This document shows positions 1-10,290 of a stretch of 64,000 nucleotides of DNA, piece by piece; the stretch's first letter is position 1, and every line of letters begins with the position of its first letter. The stretch spans positions 5,473 through 69,472 of the forward strand of contig CANQXE010000004.1 in assembly GCA_947627725.1 (NCBI GenBank), written 5' to 3'. Made by a program: the position numbers and the translations under genes. This stretch comes from an uncultured Clostridia bacterium (GTDB lineage: Bacteria; Bacillota; Clostridia; Oscillospirales; Acutalibacteraceae). Below the pieces are notes generated by a model. It saw only the letters and a program-made list of their open reading frames with translations. It searched no databases and was not told the origin of the DNA.

Positions 1-17
1 AGAGGAGGCAAAATCTG

Positions 18-839
18 ATGGACAAAAGACCCATTGGTGTTTTCGACTCAGGTCTGGGAGGACTGTCGGCTGTCAAGGCGATAATCAAATATCTTCCGAA
101 CGAGGATATTATTTACTTCGGCGACACGGGGAGAGTTCCCTACGGTTCGCGAAGTGAAAAAACGATTGAGCTTTACGCAAAAGAGGATATTTCCTTTTTG
201 GAGAAATTTAACTGCAAGCTGATTATGGCTGCGTGCGGCACCGTTTCGTCAGTAGCAAAAAACGCAATGGCAAGCGTTAAGGAGCCATTTGTAGAGGTTG
301 TTACACCCGCGTCAAAAGCAGCAGTTAAAGCAACGAGAAACAATAAAGTCGGAGTTATGGGAACAGCCGCGACGATAAACAGCGGCTCATATGAAAGCGC
401 AATTAAAAAGCTTAATTCCGGCATATCTGTCAGCGGCGTTTCCTGTCCTATGCTTGTTTCGCTTGTAGAAAACAACTGGATTGACAGTGATAATAAAATT
501 GCTGTTGAAATTATCAAGCGTTATCTTGAGCCGCTCATTGAAAACGGTGTTGACACAATCATACTTGGCTGTACTCATTTCCCCCATCTTGCGCCTATTA
601 TTTCAAAGGTTGCGGGCAGTGATGTAAAGCTCATAGACACGGGATACGAGGCTGTTATGGAGGCAAAAACCATTTTACAGAAAAACGGGCTTTTAAATGA
701 CCTGTCGCATAAGGGCGAGGCGAGCTATTACATATCTGATAAAACTCAGAATTTTTCGGAAATAGCACATACACTATTAGGAATGGATATTTCGGACAGA
801 GCAAATTTTGTTGACCTGAACAATTTTAAATCTGTTTGA
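18..839 (+). CDS. murI: glutamate racemase
   Basis: GVFDSGLGGLS, YFGDTGRVPYG, MAACGT and ILGCTHFP motifs with both catalytic Cys; RBS AGAGGAGG at window start. Confidence 0.97.
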   Translation: MDKRPIGVFDSGLGGLSAVKAIIKYLPNEDIIYFGDTGRVPYGSRSEKTIELYAKEDISFLEKFNCKLIMAACGTVSSVAKNAMASVKEPFVEVVTPASKAAVKATRNNKVGVMGTAATINSGSYESAIKKLNSGISVSGVSCPMLVSLVENNWIDSDNKIAVEIIKRYLEPLIENGVDTIILGCTHFPHLAPIISKVAGSDVKLIDTGYEAVMEAKTILQKNGLLNDLSHKGEASYYISDKTQNFSEIAHTLLGMDISDRANFVDLNNFKSV

Positions 840-851
840 AAATTTGGTTAT

Positions 852-1280
852 ATGAACAAAATACTTATAGAAATAAAAGGTATCCAGCGTATTGATATCC
901 AGAAAGAAAAAATGGAGCTTACCACGGTAGGCACCTTTGAGGAAACAGCGGATGCCTACATAATAAAATATACGGAGGAGCAGGAACCTCCGACAGCGCC
1001 GGTTAATGTCCGGGTTAAAATAAACAAAAACGAAAAGGCTGTTGAAATGACACGGTCGGGCGCGTTTAATTCCTGCCTAATGATAGAAAAATCAAAGCGA
1101 AATCTCTGCCATTACGGTACGGAATACGGTGATATATTAATGGGAATATCAGGTCATACCATTGACGGAGAATACGAGGATGAAAAGGGTAAGTTTATCT
1201 TTACGTATGATATTGATATAAACGGCGCTCTCGTCTCAAGAAACGAGGTCAGGATAAGCTTCAGAAAAAATCAGGAGTAA
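852..1280 (+). CDS. DUF1934 (YwiB-like) beta-barrel protein
   Basis: 142 aa, YxTxYG-like motif (CHYGTEYGDI); conserved position upstream of argS in Firmicutes. Confidence 0.8.
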   Translation: MNKILIEIKGIQRIDIQKEKMELTTVGTFEETADAYIIKYTEEQEPPTAPVNVRVKINKNEKAVEMTRSGAFNSCLMIEKSKRNLCHYGTEYGDILMGISGHTIDGEYEDEKGKFIFTYDIDINGALVSRNEVRISFRKNQE

Positions 1281-1285
1281 TAAGA

Positions 1286-2974
1286 ATGTCAAAAATAGTT
1301 AAGGAAACCGAAAATATATTAAAAGAAAAGATAACAAACGCAATAATTTCCGCAATCAAAGCGGGTGAGCTGCCGCAGGCGGATATTCCTCGGTTTATTA
1401 TTGAAATGCCGTCTAACAAGGCAAACGGCGATTATTCATCAAATGCCGCAATGGCAGGCGCAAAAAGCTTTAAAAAGGCGCCGAGAATGATTGCGCAGAG
1501 CATTGCAGACCACATTGATTTAAGCGGCACTCTTTTTGAAAGGCTTGAAATTGCGGGACCGGGATTCTTAAACTTTTTTCTTTCACAGGAGTATTACAGT
1601 GAGATATTAAAAGACGTTTTTGCCTGCGGTAAGGATTACGGCAAATCAGACTACGGCAAGGGCAAGAAAGTGCTGGTTGAATTTGTATCGGCTAATCCTA
1701 CGGGTCCTATGCATATCGGAAACGCGCGAGGCGGTGCAATCGGGGACTGCCTTGCTTCGGTTCTTGACTGGGCGGGCTATAACGTAAGCCGTGAGTTTTA
1801 TGTAAACGACGCAGGCAATCAGATTGAAAAATTCGCAACCTCTCTTGAGGTAAGATATCTTCAGCATTTCAAAAACGGCATTGAAATGCCTGAGGACGCA
1901 TATCAAGGAGCGGACATTACGGAGCACGCTGAAAATTTCATCAGTGAATACGGCAATAAATATGTCGACGCGCCCTCACAGGAAAGAAGAAACGCGCTTG
2001 TAAACTATGCTCTTCCCAAAAACATTGCAGGGCTTGAAAAGGACTTGGAAAGATACAGAATCACATATGACAACTGGTTCAGAGAATCTGCTCTTCACAA
2101 TGACGGCTCTGTTGAAAAAATAATTGAGACGCTCAAGGAAAAAGGCGTTACTTATGAACAGGACGGCGCTTTATGGTTCAAAGCCTCAAAATTTGGCAAT
2201 GATAAAGATATAGTGCTTATCCGAGCAAACGGACTGCCGACATATATTGTGCCCGATATCGCGTATCATTATAACAAGCTTGTTACGCGCGGCTATGATA
2301 AGGCAATTGATGTATTGGGAGCAGATCATCACGGCTATGTTCCGAGAATGAAGGCTGCTCTGACTGCGCTCGGTCTTGACGCAGACAGGCTTGACGCTGT
2401 GATTATGCAGATGGTAAGGCTTGTACGTGACGGCGAAACTATTAAGCTTTCAAAGCGTTCGGGCAAAGCAATAACACTCAACACGCTTATTGACGAGGTT
2501 CCGCTTGACGCGGCAAGATTTTTCTTTAATCTGCGTGAGCCCAACTCGCACTTTGATTTTGATTTGGAGCTTGCCGCAAAGCAGTCGAGCGAAAATCCCG
2601 TGTATTACGTTCAGTACGCTCACGCGCGTATCTGCTCAATTTTAAAAAAGGCTCAGGAACAGGATGTTAAGCTGAGAACTCCGTCTGACGAGGAATTACT
2701 TTTACTGAACAGTGATGAGGAAAAGGAGCTTATACGCCACCTTTCATCACTTACCGGTGAAATAGTTTCGTCAGCAAGGGCATATGACCCCGCCAAAATT
2801 ACTCACTATGTTGTTGAGCTTGCGACGCTTTTCCACAAATTTTACAACGCGCAGAGAGTAATGTGTGATGATAAGGGCTTAATGCAGGCAAGGCTGTACC
2901 TTTGCCGTGCGGTTAAGGACACAATTAAAAATATTTTAACTATGCTTAAGATTACCACTCCCGAGGTAATGTAA
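1286..2974 (+). CDS. argS: arginine--tRNA ligase
   Basis: VEFVSANPTGPMHIGNARG (HIGH), KLSKRSG (KMSK-like), YYVQYAHARICS. Confidence 0.98.
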   Translation: MSKIVKETENILKEKITNAIISAIKAGELPQADIPRFIIEMPSNKANGDYSSNAAMAGAKSFKKAPRMIAQSIADHIDLSGTLFERLEIAGPGFLNFFLSQEYYSEILKDVFACGKDYGKSDYGKGKKVLVEFVSANPTGPMHIGNARGGAIGDCLASVLDWAGYNVSREFYVNDAGNQIEKFATSLEVRYLQHFKNGIEMPEDAYQGADITEHAENFISEYGNKYVDAPSQERRNALVNYALPKNIAGLEKDLERYRITYDNWFRESALHNDGSVEKIIETLKEKGVTYEQDGALWFKASKFGNDKDIVLIRANGLPTYIVPDIAYHYNKLVTRGYDKAIDVLGADHHGYVPRMKAALTALGLDADRLDAVIMQMVRLVRDGETIKLSKRSGKAITLNTLIDEVPLDAARFFFNLREPNSHFDFDLELAAKQSSENPVYYVQYAHARICSILKKAQEQDVKLRTPSDEELLLLNSDEEKELIRHLSSLTGEIVSSARAYDPAKITHYVVELATLFHKFYNAQRVMCDDKGLMQARLYLCRAVKDTIKNILTMLKITTPEVM

Positions 2975-2986
2975 GGAAGGACAATA

Positions 2987-4402
2987 ATGGCGCAAATCAG
3001 GAGCAAGGTACTTCACAAGGTCGGAAACAGACTGTTTAAGTACATCTATAAAGACCCAAAAAAGAATATGCTAAAGCTCGTTAAAATAGGCAAAGCCGTC
3101 ACGGGTAATATGTACCCCGAAAGCACATTTACAAAGCCTATTGAAATTATTTCCGACGAAAGCAATGTGTGGCATCAGTTTCTTTTCAGAGGCATTGATG
3201 AAATTGATTCCGACTTTCTTCGCAGAGCTGTTTTAACCTTTGGTATTGATTTGGGGCTGATAGGGACCTCCACGCTGAGAAAAAGACGTGATGAGGAGCA
3301 TTGCAATATCCCTTGGGTTGTGCTTATGGACCCGACATCTGCCTGTAATCTCAAATGCAGGGGCTGCTGGGCGGCGGAATACGGCTATAAGTCAAATCTC
3401 TCACTTGGCGATATGCGTAAAATTGTCAGAGAAAGCAAAGAGCTCGGCACGCATTTCTTTATGTTCACAGGCGGCGAACCGCTTATAAAAAAGGATGAAA
3501 TCCTTACTCTTGCAAGGGAAAACAGTGACTGTCTGTTTCTCGCTTTCACTAACGGGACACTTGTTGACGACAAGTTCTGTGAGGATATAAAAAGCAGCGG
3601 AAACTTCGGACTCGCGCTTTCAATTGAGGGCAGTGAGGAAACCAATGACGCGAGACGAGGCAGCGGCGCTTATCAGAAAACGATAGACGCTATGAGGCTT
3701 TTGAAGCAGCACAAGTGCCTTTTCGGCACATCTGTCTGCTACACAAGCCAAAACTATGATGCCGTTACCTCTGACGAATTTTATGATTTAATGATTGAAA
3801 ACGGCGCAAGGTACGCATGGTATTTTCACTATATGCCGGTAGGCAGCGACGCGGACACAACACTTCTTTTGACACCTGAGCAGAGAGAGTACGTTTACCG
3901 TTCAATTCGTGAAAAAAGAGATTCAAAAAACGGCAAGCCGATTTTTACGGTTGATTTTCAAAACGACGCCGAGTTCGTAGGAGGCTGCATTGCGGGCGGA
4001 AGAAATTATTTTCACGTTAATTCCGAGGGTGATGTTGAGCCGTGTGTGTTTATTCATTACTCGGATTCAAACATAAGAGAAAAGAGCGTTCTTGAATGTT
4101 TAAAATCATCCCTATTCCACGAGTATTACAAAGGACAGCCGTTTAATGATAATATGCTGCGCCCGTGTCCGATGCTTGAAAATCCGCAGGCACTGAGAAG
4201 CATTGTAAAAAAATCAGGCGCAAAATCAACCAATCTGAAAAAAGCGGAGAGCGCCGACGAGCTTTGCTCAAAATGTGACAATTACGCAAAACTCTGGGCG
4301 CCGAAGGCAAAGGAAATCTGGGAGGAAAAGGAACGCTTTAAGCCGTTTACCCAGTATTACAGAGATACGCCTGAGGGTATCGCCGAGCTTAATAAAAAAT
4401 GA
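2987..4402 (+). CDS. radical SAM protein with SPASM/twitch domain, substrate unknown
   Basis: CNLKCRGC (CxxxCxxC), FTGGEP, C-terminal CIAGG..YFHVNSEGDVEPC..CPML Cys cluster. Confidence 0.88.
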   Translation: MAQIRSKVLHKVGNRLFKYIYKDPKKNMLKLVKIGKAVTGNMYPESTFTKPIEIISDESNVWHQFLFRGIDEIDSDFLRRAVLTFGIDLGLIGTSTLRKRRDEEHCNIPWVVLMDPTSACNLKCRGCWAAEYGYKSNLSLGDMRKIVRESKELGTHFFMFTGGEPLIKKDEILTLARENSDCLFLAFTNGTLVDDKFCEDIKSSGNFGLALSIEGSEETNDARRGSGAYQKTIDAMRLLKQHKCLFGTSVCYTSQNYDAVTSDEFYDLMIENGARYAWYFHYMPVGSDADTTLLLTPEQREYVYRSIREKRDSKNGKPIFTVDFQNDAEFVGGCIAGGRNYFHVNSEGDVEPCVFIHYSDSNIREKSVLECLKSSLFHEYYKGQPFNDNMLRPCPMLENPQALRSIVKKSGAKSTNLKKAESADELCSKCDNYAKLWAPKAKEIWEEKERFKPFTQYYRDTPEGIAELNKK

Positions 4403-4405
4403 CAA

Positions 4406-4445
4406 AAATAAAGGCAGTACATTTAATCCGTACTGTCTTTATTTT
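4406..4445. terminator. bidirectional intrinsic terminator
   Basis: AAATAAAGGCAGTAC / GTACTGTCTTTATTT stem between convergent genes. Confidence 0.75.
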
Positions 4446-5490
4446 CTTTGTCAAGCGCTATATTGTTTTTCCTTGCAATGGTATATGCCATAAGCTGAAC
4501 GACTACCGTGCTTAAAACAGGATTGAAAAGCGGGATTGTATCATCGTAAAAAATAGCTGATATATCATCTATATTTTGAGGAATAATTTTAATACACTTT
4601 TCAACTGATTTAACAAGCACATTATGAAAGCTCTCATTAGAGGCAAAGCCAATTACGTTATTTTTTTCGCCTTTTATAAAGCTAATCTCTCCGATTGGAA
4701 CTGCGCTTATATCCTTATTAAAAGCAAAGGACAGAGCATACGCACCGTAAACGGCAGCCGCAAAGTCAACATTTGCTCCTACAAGCAGCAAATTTTCACT
4801 ACTGATTTTTTCGGCGGTCTGTCTTATAATATACTCCTGTTCAAGAATATGCTTTATTTTTTCGCTCAGCGATTCAAGCATTTTTGCGGCAATCTTGACA
4901 TAAAGCTCCGTTATTATCTGATTTTTCTCTCCGAAATAGAGGGCGAGCATAGAAAGAGCAACGGACCTAAGGGTATAACCTGCCGTTGATACTTCAGCGC
5001 CTTCGTTGATATTAAGGCTTATTCCGATACTGTTTTCAGGCATAAAATTGAAAATTCTGATTACCTTCGCGGAATTTTCATTAATTCTTTTCAAGGCAAG
5101 CCTGCACTGCTCATTATTTCCGCTACCGACTATCAGCACAAGCGTACTTTTGTCCAAAATGGGATTTGAAAAATTAAATTCAGAAAGCAGAATGGGAATA
5201 CAGGGAATATCGACAAGTACCTCAAAATTATATGCGCCCGCGAGAACACAGCCGTAATCGGCACTGTTTCCCGTAATATACACTCTTTTGATTTTTTCTA
5301 TTTTTATTTTAAGAAAATCAAAATCAATTTTTCCGGCAACAATATATCTCTCTATAAATCTTCGGACAAGCTCAGGCTGATTAAAAATTTCCTTTCTCAT
5401 AAAATCGGGAAAGACACCCTTGTCTGCGCTCGGTAATGCGTGAACCGCTCTTTTTTTCTTTTTAATAAAAATTCTTGCGTTACTTTTCAT
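4423..5490 (-). CDS. double SIS-domain protein resembling the GlmS isomerase half, degenerate
   Basis: FMRKEIFNQPE (GlmS FMLKEIxEQP) and FNPVLSTVVVQLMAY; no glutaminase domain; no C-terminal LAKSVTVE. Confidence 0.7.
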   Translation of the reverse strand: MKSNARIFIKKKKRAVHALPSADKGVFPDFMRKEIFNQPELVRRFIERYIVAGKIDFDFLKIKIEKIKRVYITGNSADYGCVLAGAYNFEVLVDIPCIPILLSEFNFSNPILDKSTLVLIVGSGNNEQCRLALKRINENSAKVIRIFNFMPENSIGISLNINEGAEVSTAGYTLRSVALSMLALYFGEKNQIITELYVKIAAKMLESLSEKIKHILEQEYIIRQTAEKISSENLLLVGANVDFAAAVYGAYALSFAFNKDISAVPIGEISFIKGEKNNVIGFASNESFHNVLVKSVEKCIKIIPQNIDDISAIFYDDTIPLFNPVLSTVVVQLMAYTIARKNNIALDKENKDSTD

Positions 5491-5493
5491 ATT

Positions 5494-7548
5494 TTATCCC
5501 TTAATTAACTTAGCGACAATTACCGACATATCATCCCTGTGCCTTGCGTCACTGTGCGCTACGGCAAAATCGAGTATTTCCTGCGCTCTGTCATTTGGAC
5601 CGTCGCTGTCATCGTAGCGCAAAAAGTCATCAATCAAATCCTCGCCTATATCTGTTATTCCGTCGCTCATCATAATAATTTCATCTCCGACATTGAGAAC
5701 GGTTGTGCGCTTTGCAAATTCAATTCCTCTGAGTATTCCCGCCGGCATGGAGGAAAGCTCGCATTTTGTAAAAGAATTGTTTTTTACAATGTACGATCTC
5801 GGCGCGCCTGCCTTAAAAAATTCGCATTTTCCCGTAAATAAATCAACACACGCGCAATCAAGAGTAGCAAGGCTTTCCTCACTGCTTTTAACAAGGAGCG
5901 CGCTGTTTACCACCTTGAGCGAGGAATCAAAGCCGAATCCCGCGGAAAGCAGCTTTGACAGCAGTCCTGCGCCCATTGCGCCGTCAAGCGCCGCTCGTCC
6001 GCCTTTTCCCATGCCGTCGCTTATAATGAATATCATATGACCTCTTGAATCATTAATAGCCTTGACTGTATCACCGCAAAGCTTACCTTCCGCACAATAC
6101 TGCGCAAAGCCAAAGCTCATTTTAAAATTCGGTCTTTCAATTACTGTCAGCATTAAATTTGAACCGGAAAGGTTTGTCCTGCTTTTTTCAAAATCACGTC
6201 CGCAGATTTTCGCTATCTCATTTTTAATTCTCGGACTGTCAAGCCCTTTCGTTTTAGAGGATGCTAAAATCTCAATCCTCATACGGTCAAATTTATCTAT
6301 GATAACAGAAATATTTTCAGGGTAAATATCATATTCACCGAGCATACGCCTTATCTTTCCGGCTGATTTAAAATCAAATATCTCTGCATCGTCAAATTCA
6401 AATGCCAAATCCTCCAGCATATCTGAAATCGAAAAGAACTGATCCGCCGCCACCATTCTGAGCTCGCTTTCCATAGGTTCAATCCTTCCAAGCTCGTTTA
6501 TTCTCTCACGAACGTCACGCACACTTTCACTCACCTGGGCAAGCGCTGATGATGCAAACCGAAGTCTTACAACAAGGCTCTGCCGCAGACTGCCGTCAGG
6601 CGCTATATCAGCTCCGCTTTCAAAATAGTCCGAAATTTTTTCGGTCAACACCTCCGGAAGAAGCGTCATTATAACTGACGCAATAACGCTCTCTATCACA
6701 CAACACACAGAAAACGCTCCCAAATTTGCCGCAACGGCAAAAAACACCATTGAAAGCGAAAAGCTGATTCCTATAGCCATGCTTGATATTGAGGTAAAAA
6801 GTCCTGCCGCCAAAGCCGAAAAAGCATAGGCTCCCAAAAGGAACATACTATTTTCCCTGCTGATTCCAAGCGCAAATCCCAGACAAATCGCAATTATCAG
6901 TCCGCGGCTTTGTGAACCGAAGCGTACTGTTATCAGTATTGCCAGAATTGAAATGATTCTTGCGGGCGAAACACCTTTTATTTCAATAAAGGAAAGACCC
7001 GCGAGAAACGCCGATACCGAAACCAGCAGGCAGGTCGTATCTGCAACGGGAAGCGCTTTATATTTAAGCCTTTTCAAATTACAGTGAACCGCCCTGAAAA
7101 AGAAAAATGATGCTCCGAGAGCCAGTACGGACTCGCCAAAGGACAGAGCATATGCGCCGATTACATCGCCGTTTCTTATATTCATTACAATACCTGTAGA
7201 AATTACCGATAAAAATGATACAAGCATAGGCAGATAAATCTCTTTTTTCGCGTTAAAAAGATTTATCGCAAATGTACCTAAAGCGGCAATAAGGACAGCG
7301 CTGAAATACCGCACAGCGTCCGTGCCGTCGCAAAAAACTATATAGCCTACCCCCGCGCCCGCGGCTGAAAACAAAAAGTTTTCTTTGCTTGAAACCGTTA
7401 TCAGCGAAATCGCAAAGGGACAGCTTCCACCCACCACCGAAGAAAAGCTCAACACAAAGGACAGCACAAACCATACGGCACGCTTAGCAAATTCCTTCAG
7501 AATAAACTTATATGAATTTTTAATTTTAAACTTCTCTTTAACCTGCAT
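5494..7548 (-). CDS. spoIIE: stage II sporulation protein E (membrane PP2C phosphatase)
   Basis: Multi-TM N-terminus; PP2C motifs CGDT, ISDGMGKG, ATLD, KAGA, MMSDG, DDMSVIV. Confidence 0.85.
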   Translation of the reverse strand: MQVKEKFKIKNSYKFILKEFAKRAVWFVLSFVLSFSSVVGGSCPFAISLITVSSKENFLFSAAGAGVGYIVFCDGTDAVRYFSAVLIAALGTFAINLFNAKKEIYLPMLVSFLSVISTGIVMNIRNGDVIGAYALSFGESVLALGASFFFFRAVHCNLKRLKYKALPVADTTCLLVSVSAFLAGLSFIEIKGVSPARIISILAILITVRFGSQSRGLIIAICLGFALGISRENSMFLLGAYAFSALAAGLFTSISSMAIGISFSLSMVFFAVAANLGAFSVCCVIESVIASVIMTLLPEVLTEKISDYFESGADIAPDGSLRQSLVVRLRFASSALAQVSESVRDVRERINELGRIEPMESELRMVAADQFFSISDMLEDLAFEFDDAEIFDFKSAGKIRRMLGEYDIYPENISVIIDKFDRMRIEILASSKTKGLDSPRIKNEIAKICGRDFEKSRTNLSGSNLMLTVIERPNFKMSFGFAQYCAEGKLCGDTVKAINDSRGHMIFIISDGMGKGGRAALDGAMGAGLLSKLLSAGFGFDSSLKVVNSALLVKSSEESLATLDCACVDLFTGKCEFFKAGAPRSYIVKNNSFTKCELSSMPAGILRGIEFAKRTTVLNVGDEIIMMSDGITDIGEDLIDDFLRYDDSDGPNDRAQEILDFAVAHSDARHRDDMSVIVAKLIKG

Positions 7549-7665
7549 TATTTACCCTTCCGCAATCACACCCCTTTATCACTGCATTACATTATATTTT
7601 AAATACTGCGCAAAAATTGTAAAAAAAGACAGGCTTTAAAAAATAGCCTGTCAAAGTGTTAAAAA

Positions 7666-8355
7666 TTAATATTTTTGATTGCTTTTCTTTTTTCTGTTTC
7701 TTAAAACTATCATAAATATCATACCGATTATTCCGCCTGCCGCGTTCATCATCATATCCGTCATTGTGTCGACCAAACCGAGATAGCCGTATTCATTATT
7801 ATATTTCGACAAATCAAACATTGCCGTTTCCTCTCCTGCCTTGGCAAGCTGAAGATTTGTTTCGTGGAGCGTGTCCATAAGATATTCATAAAATTCCCAA
7901 CCGACAGCAATTGAAAGCGCAAACATCAGGGAAAAAATTGCGGCAAGCGTTGCGGCGCACTGCCCCTTTTTTCTTTGAATAATGCAGGCGAAATCATATC
8001 CGAATACCGCGCATACCACACCTGACAATATATGCATAAAATTGTCAAACCAGATAATTCTATCAAAAAGTCCGAAATATGAGCCGATAACGATACCCAC
8101 AAAAATAATCAGGTTGAGCATTGTCTGACTGAGCGGAGGCACTTCCTCAATAAAACTGCCGTTTCCGAAAATTTGAAACATATCCCAAAGGTGAGTGAAA
8201 ATAAAGCAAAATACGCTTTCAAAGCCCATTACAACATCGCCTGTTACAAAAGAGTATATTGCGCAGATAATCATAGAAATGCGGACAATAATCCAGAAAG
8301 CAAGCTGTCCTTTCGGTATCCGATTAATGGGATCCCTCTTAATTTTATATGCCAC
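7666..8355 (-). CDS. integral membrane protein, DUF2238/YjdF-like
   Basis: Hydrophobic; FDNFMH, WEFYEY, DTMTDMMMN motifs. Confidence 0.6.
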   Translation of the reverse strand: MAYKIKRDPINRIPKGQLAFWIIVRISMIICAIYSFVTGDVVMGFESVFCFIFTHLWDMFQIFGNGSFIEEVPPLSQTMLNLIIFVGIVIGSYFGLFDRIIWFDNFMHILSGVVCAVFGYDFACIIQRKKGQCAATLAAIFSLMFALSIAVGWEFYEYLMDTLHETNLQLAKAGEETAMFDLSKYNNEYGYLGLVDTMTDMMMNAAGGIIGMIFMIVLRNRKKKSNQKY

Positions 8356-8553
8356 TTCTCCACCTCCACAGATGAAAATACTTTTTTATTCTACCATAGA
8401 TACAGAAAAAGTCAAATTATAAAATAATAATAAACTATTTTTAAATATGTAGAATTGATAAATTTATTTTGATATAATTTTCAACGTGAAACAGCACATT
8501 AGGATATTATGTCCAGAATTGTGTTTTTTATAAAAAATACGGGGGAACAATAT

Positions 8554-10236
8554 ATGATAGAATACACCACTAAATATGATGTTAAAAAAACGATGTACGA
8601 AAAGTTTGCAGACTCCGCGGCTCAGAATGCGGATTCGCCCTGCTTTTACTACTATAACAATACCATAAGCTGGAAAAAAGCGGAAGAAATGGTTGATCTC
8701 TGCGCGGCAGCGCTCGTTGCAAACGGTGTTAGAAAGGGCGACAGAGTTATTATATGCGCGCCTAATATGCCACAGTGCATTACGGCAATATATGCCGTTA
8801 ATAAAATCGGAGCAATCGCGTCAATGCTGCATCCGCTTTCAGTTAAGTCTGAGGCTGAATATGCGGTTAATCTCGTTGGGGCAAAATTTGCTTTTTGCTT
8901 TGATGTTTCCGAAAAATCCTTTCAGGGAATGAAAAATCTTACCCTTGTCCGCTGCAAGACAGCAGGCTATTTTCCTAAAACACCTTACGGACTTATAGCA
9001 AATCAGGTTTACAAGAAAAAGATTAAGGGTAAAACCGCTCCCGCTACTGAAGTGAGAAAAAATATTGAGTGGACGGAATTTCTTAAAGAGGGCAAAAAAT
9101 TCCTTAATAACGGCAATACTGTTGAAATCGCGACTGATCCGCTTGCGGTAGCCGCAATTATGATGACAGGCGGCACAACAGGTAATCCAAAGGGCGTTCA
9201 GCTCACAAGCGAGGCTATAAACAATCTTTCCTACCAGCTTGTTGACGTTGTTGAGACCGTGCTTGAAATGAAAACAGATTCCAAAACCGATACAATGCTC
9301 ACCGCACTTCCCGTATTTCACGGCTTTGGCTTCGCGCTTTGTATGCACGTATCAATCTGCACAGGTATGCCTCAGGCTTTGTTCCCCCAGTTTGACGCTA
9401 AAATGTGTTCGGACGCAATTAAAAAATACCGTATCAATTACGTGTTCGGTGTGCCTGATTTCTTTGAAAAGGTTTATAAGGCAGGCTACCTTAAAGGAAT
9501 TGATATGTCTAATATGAAGCTTATCGGCTCAGGCGGCGACGTTGTTCCTTATTCTCTTACGGAAAAAATGGATAGACTTCTTAAGGATAACGGCGCAAAA
9601 TGCCACTTTGTATCCGGCTACGGTCTTACGGAGTGCGTAACTGTCTGCTCCTTTACCGACCCAAGACGTGAGGCGCCCCAGGGTTGTATCGGTATCCCCT
9701 GCTACAATATTCAGGCTATGACGGTTAAGCCGGGCACTACAGAAGAGGTTAAGGGTGAGGACGGCGAGCTTTGTATCTACGGTCCTACACTTATGGAGGG
9801 TTATTATCACGACCCTGACGAAACCTCAAAGGTACTCGTTAAGCATAATGACGGCAAGGTATGGCTCCATACAGGCGATATGTGCTTTATTGAACAGGCA
9901 ACAGGCGATATTTACTACCGTCAAAGGCTCAAGAGAGTATATAAGATCAGCGGCTATCTTGTTTATCCGTCTTTCATTGAAGAGGCTTACAGAGCAATGG
10001 CGGAAATTTACGACTGCTGTGTAATCGGCACAGGTGACGAAGGAAAAACTCAGCTTAAACTCTTTGTTGTTAAAAACAAGAAATTTAAAAATGATGACGA
10101 GAATGAACTTACAAAGAAGATTATAAACTTCGGTATGCAGAATCTCTCAAAATGGTCTGTGCCTAAGGAAATCGTTTATATCGATGAGCTTCCGAGAACA
10201 AAAATAGGTAAAGTCGACTTCAAAGTCCTTAAATAA
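8554..10236 (+). CDS. AMP-forming acyl-CoA ligase (long-chain fatty acid-CoA ligase-like)
   Basis: MMTGGTTGNPKG P-loop, GYGLTE, WLHTGD, LPRTKIGK; start chosen after GGGGGA RBS (ORF track start 8509). Confidence 0.88.
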   Translation: MIEYTTKYDVKKTMYEKFADSAAQNADSPCFYYYNNTISWKKAEEMVDLCAAALVANGVRKGDRVIICAPNMPQCITAIYAVNKIGAIASMLHPLSVKSEAEYAVNLVGAKFAFCFDVSEKSFQGMKNLTLVRCKTAGYFPKTPYGLIANQVYKKKIKGKTAPATEVRKNIEWTEFLKEGKKFLNNGNTVEIATDPLAVAAIMMTGGTTGNPKGVQLTSEAINNLSYQLVDVVETVLEMKTDSKTDTMLTALPVFHGFGFALCMHVSICTGMPQALFPQFDAKMCSDAIKKYRINYVFGVPDFFEKVYKAGYLKGIDMSNMKLIGSGGDVVPYSLTEKMDRLLKDNGAKCHFVSGYGLTECVTVCSFTDPRREAPQGCIGIPCYNIQAMTVKPGTTEEVKGEDGELCIYGPTLMEGYYHDPDETSKVLVKHNDGKVWLHTGDMCFIEQATGDIYYRQRLKRVYKISGYLVYPSFIEEAYRAMAEIYDCCVIGTGDEGKTQLKLFVVKNKKFKNDDENELTKKIINFGMQNLSKWSVPKEIVYIDELPRTKIGKVDFKVLK

Positions 10237-10240
10237 TTAC

Positions 10241-10278
10241 AAAAGGGGCTGCCTCACTTCCGTGAGACAGCTCCTTTT
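10241..10278. repeat. palindromic repeat copy 1 (GGGGCTGCCTCA-CTTCCG-TGAGACAGCTCC), also a bidirectional terminator
   Basis: Near-identical to 26591-26628; both lie between convergent genes. Confidence 0.7.
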
Positions 10279-10290
10279 ATATTATCCGTA

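Noticed and set aside
1-1286. T-box leader for argS
   Set aside because: argS is the third gene of a tightly packed operon, with no room for a leader and no T-box motif
5491-5560. glmS ribozyme ahead of the GlmS-like gene
   Set aside because: There is no leader; the gene starts 3 nt after the spoIIE stop
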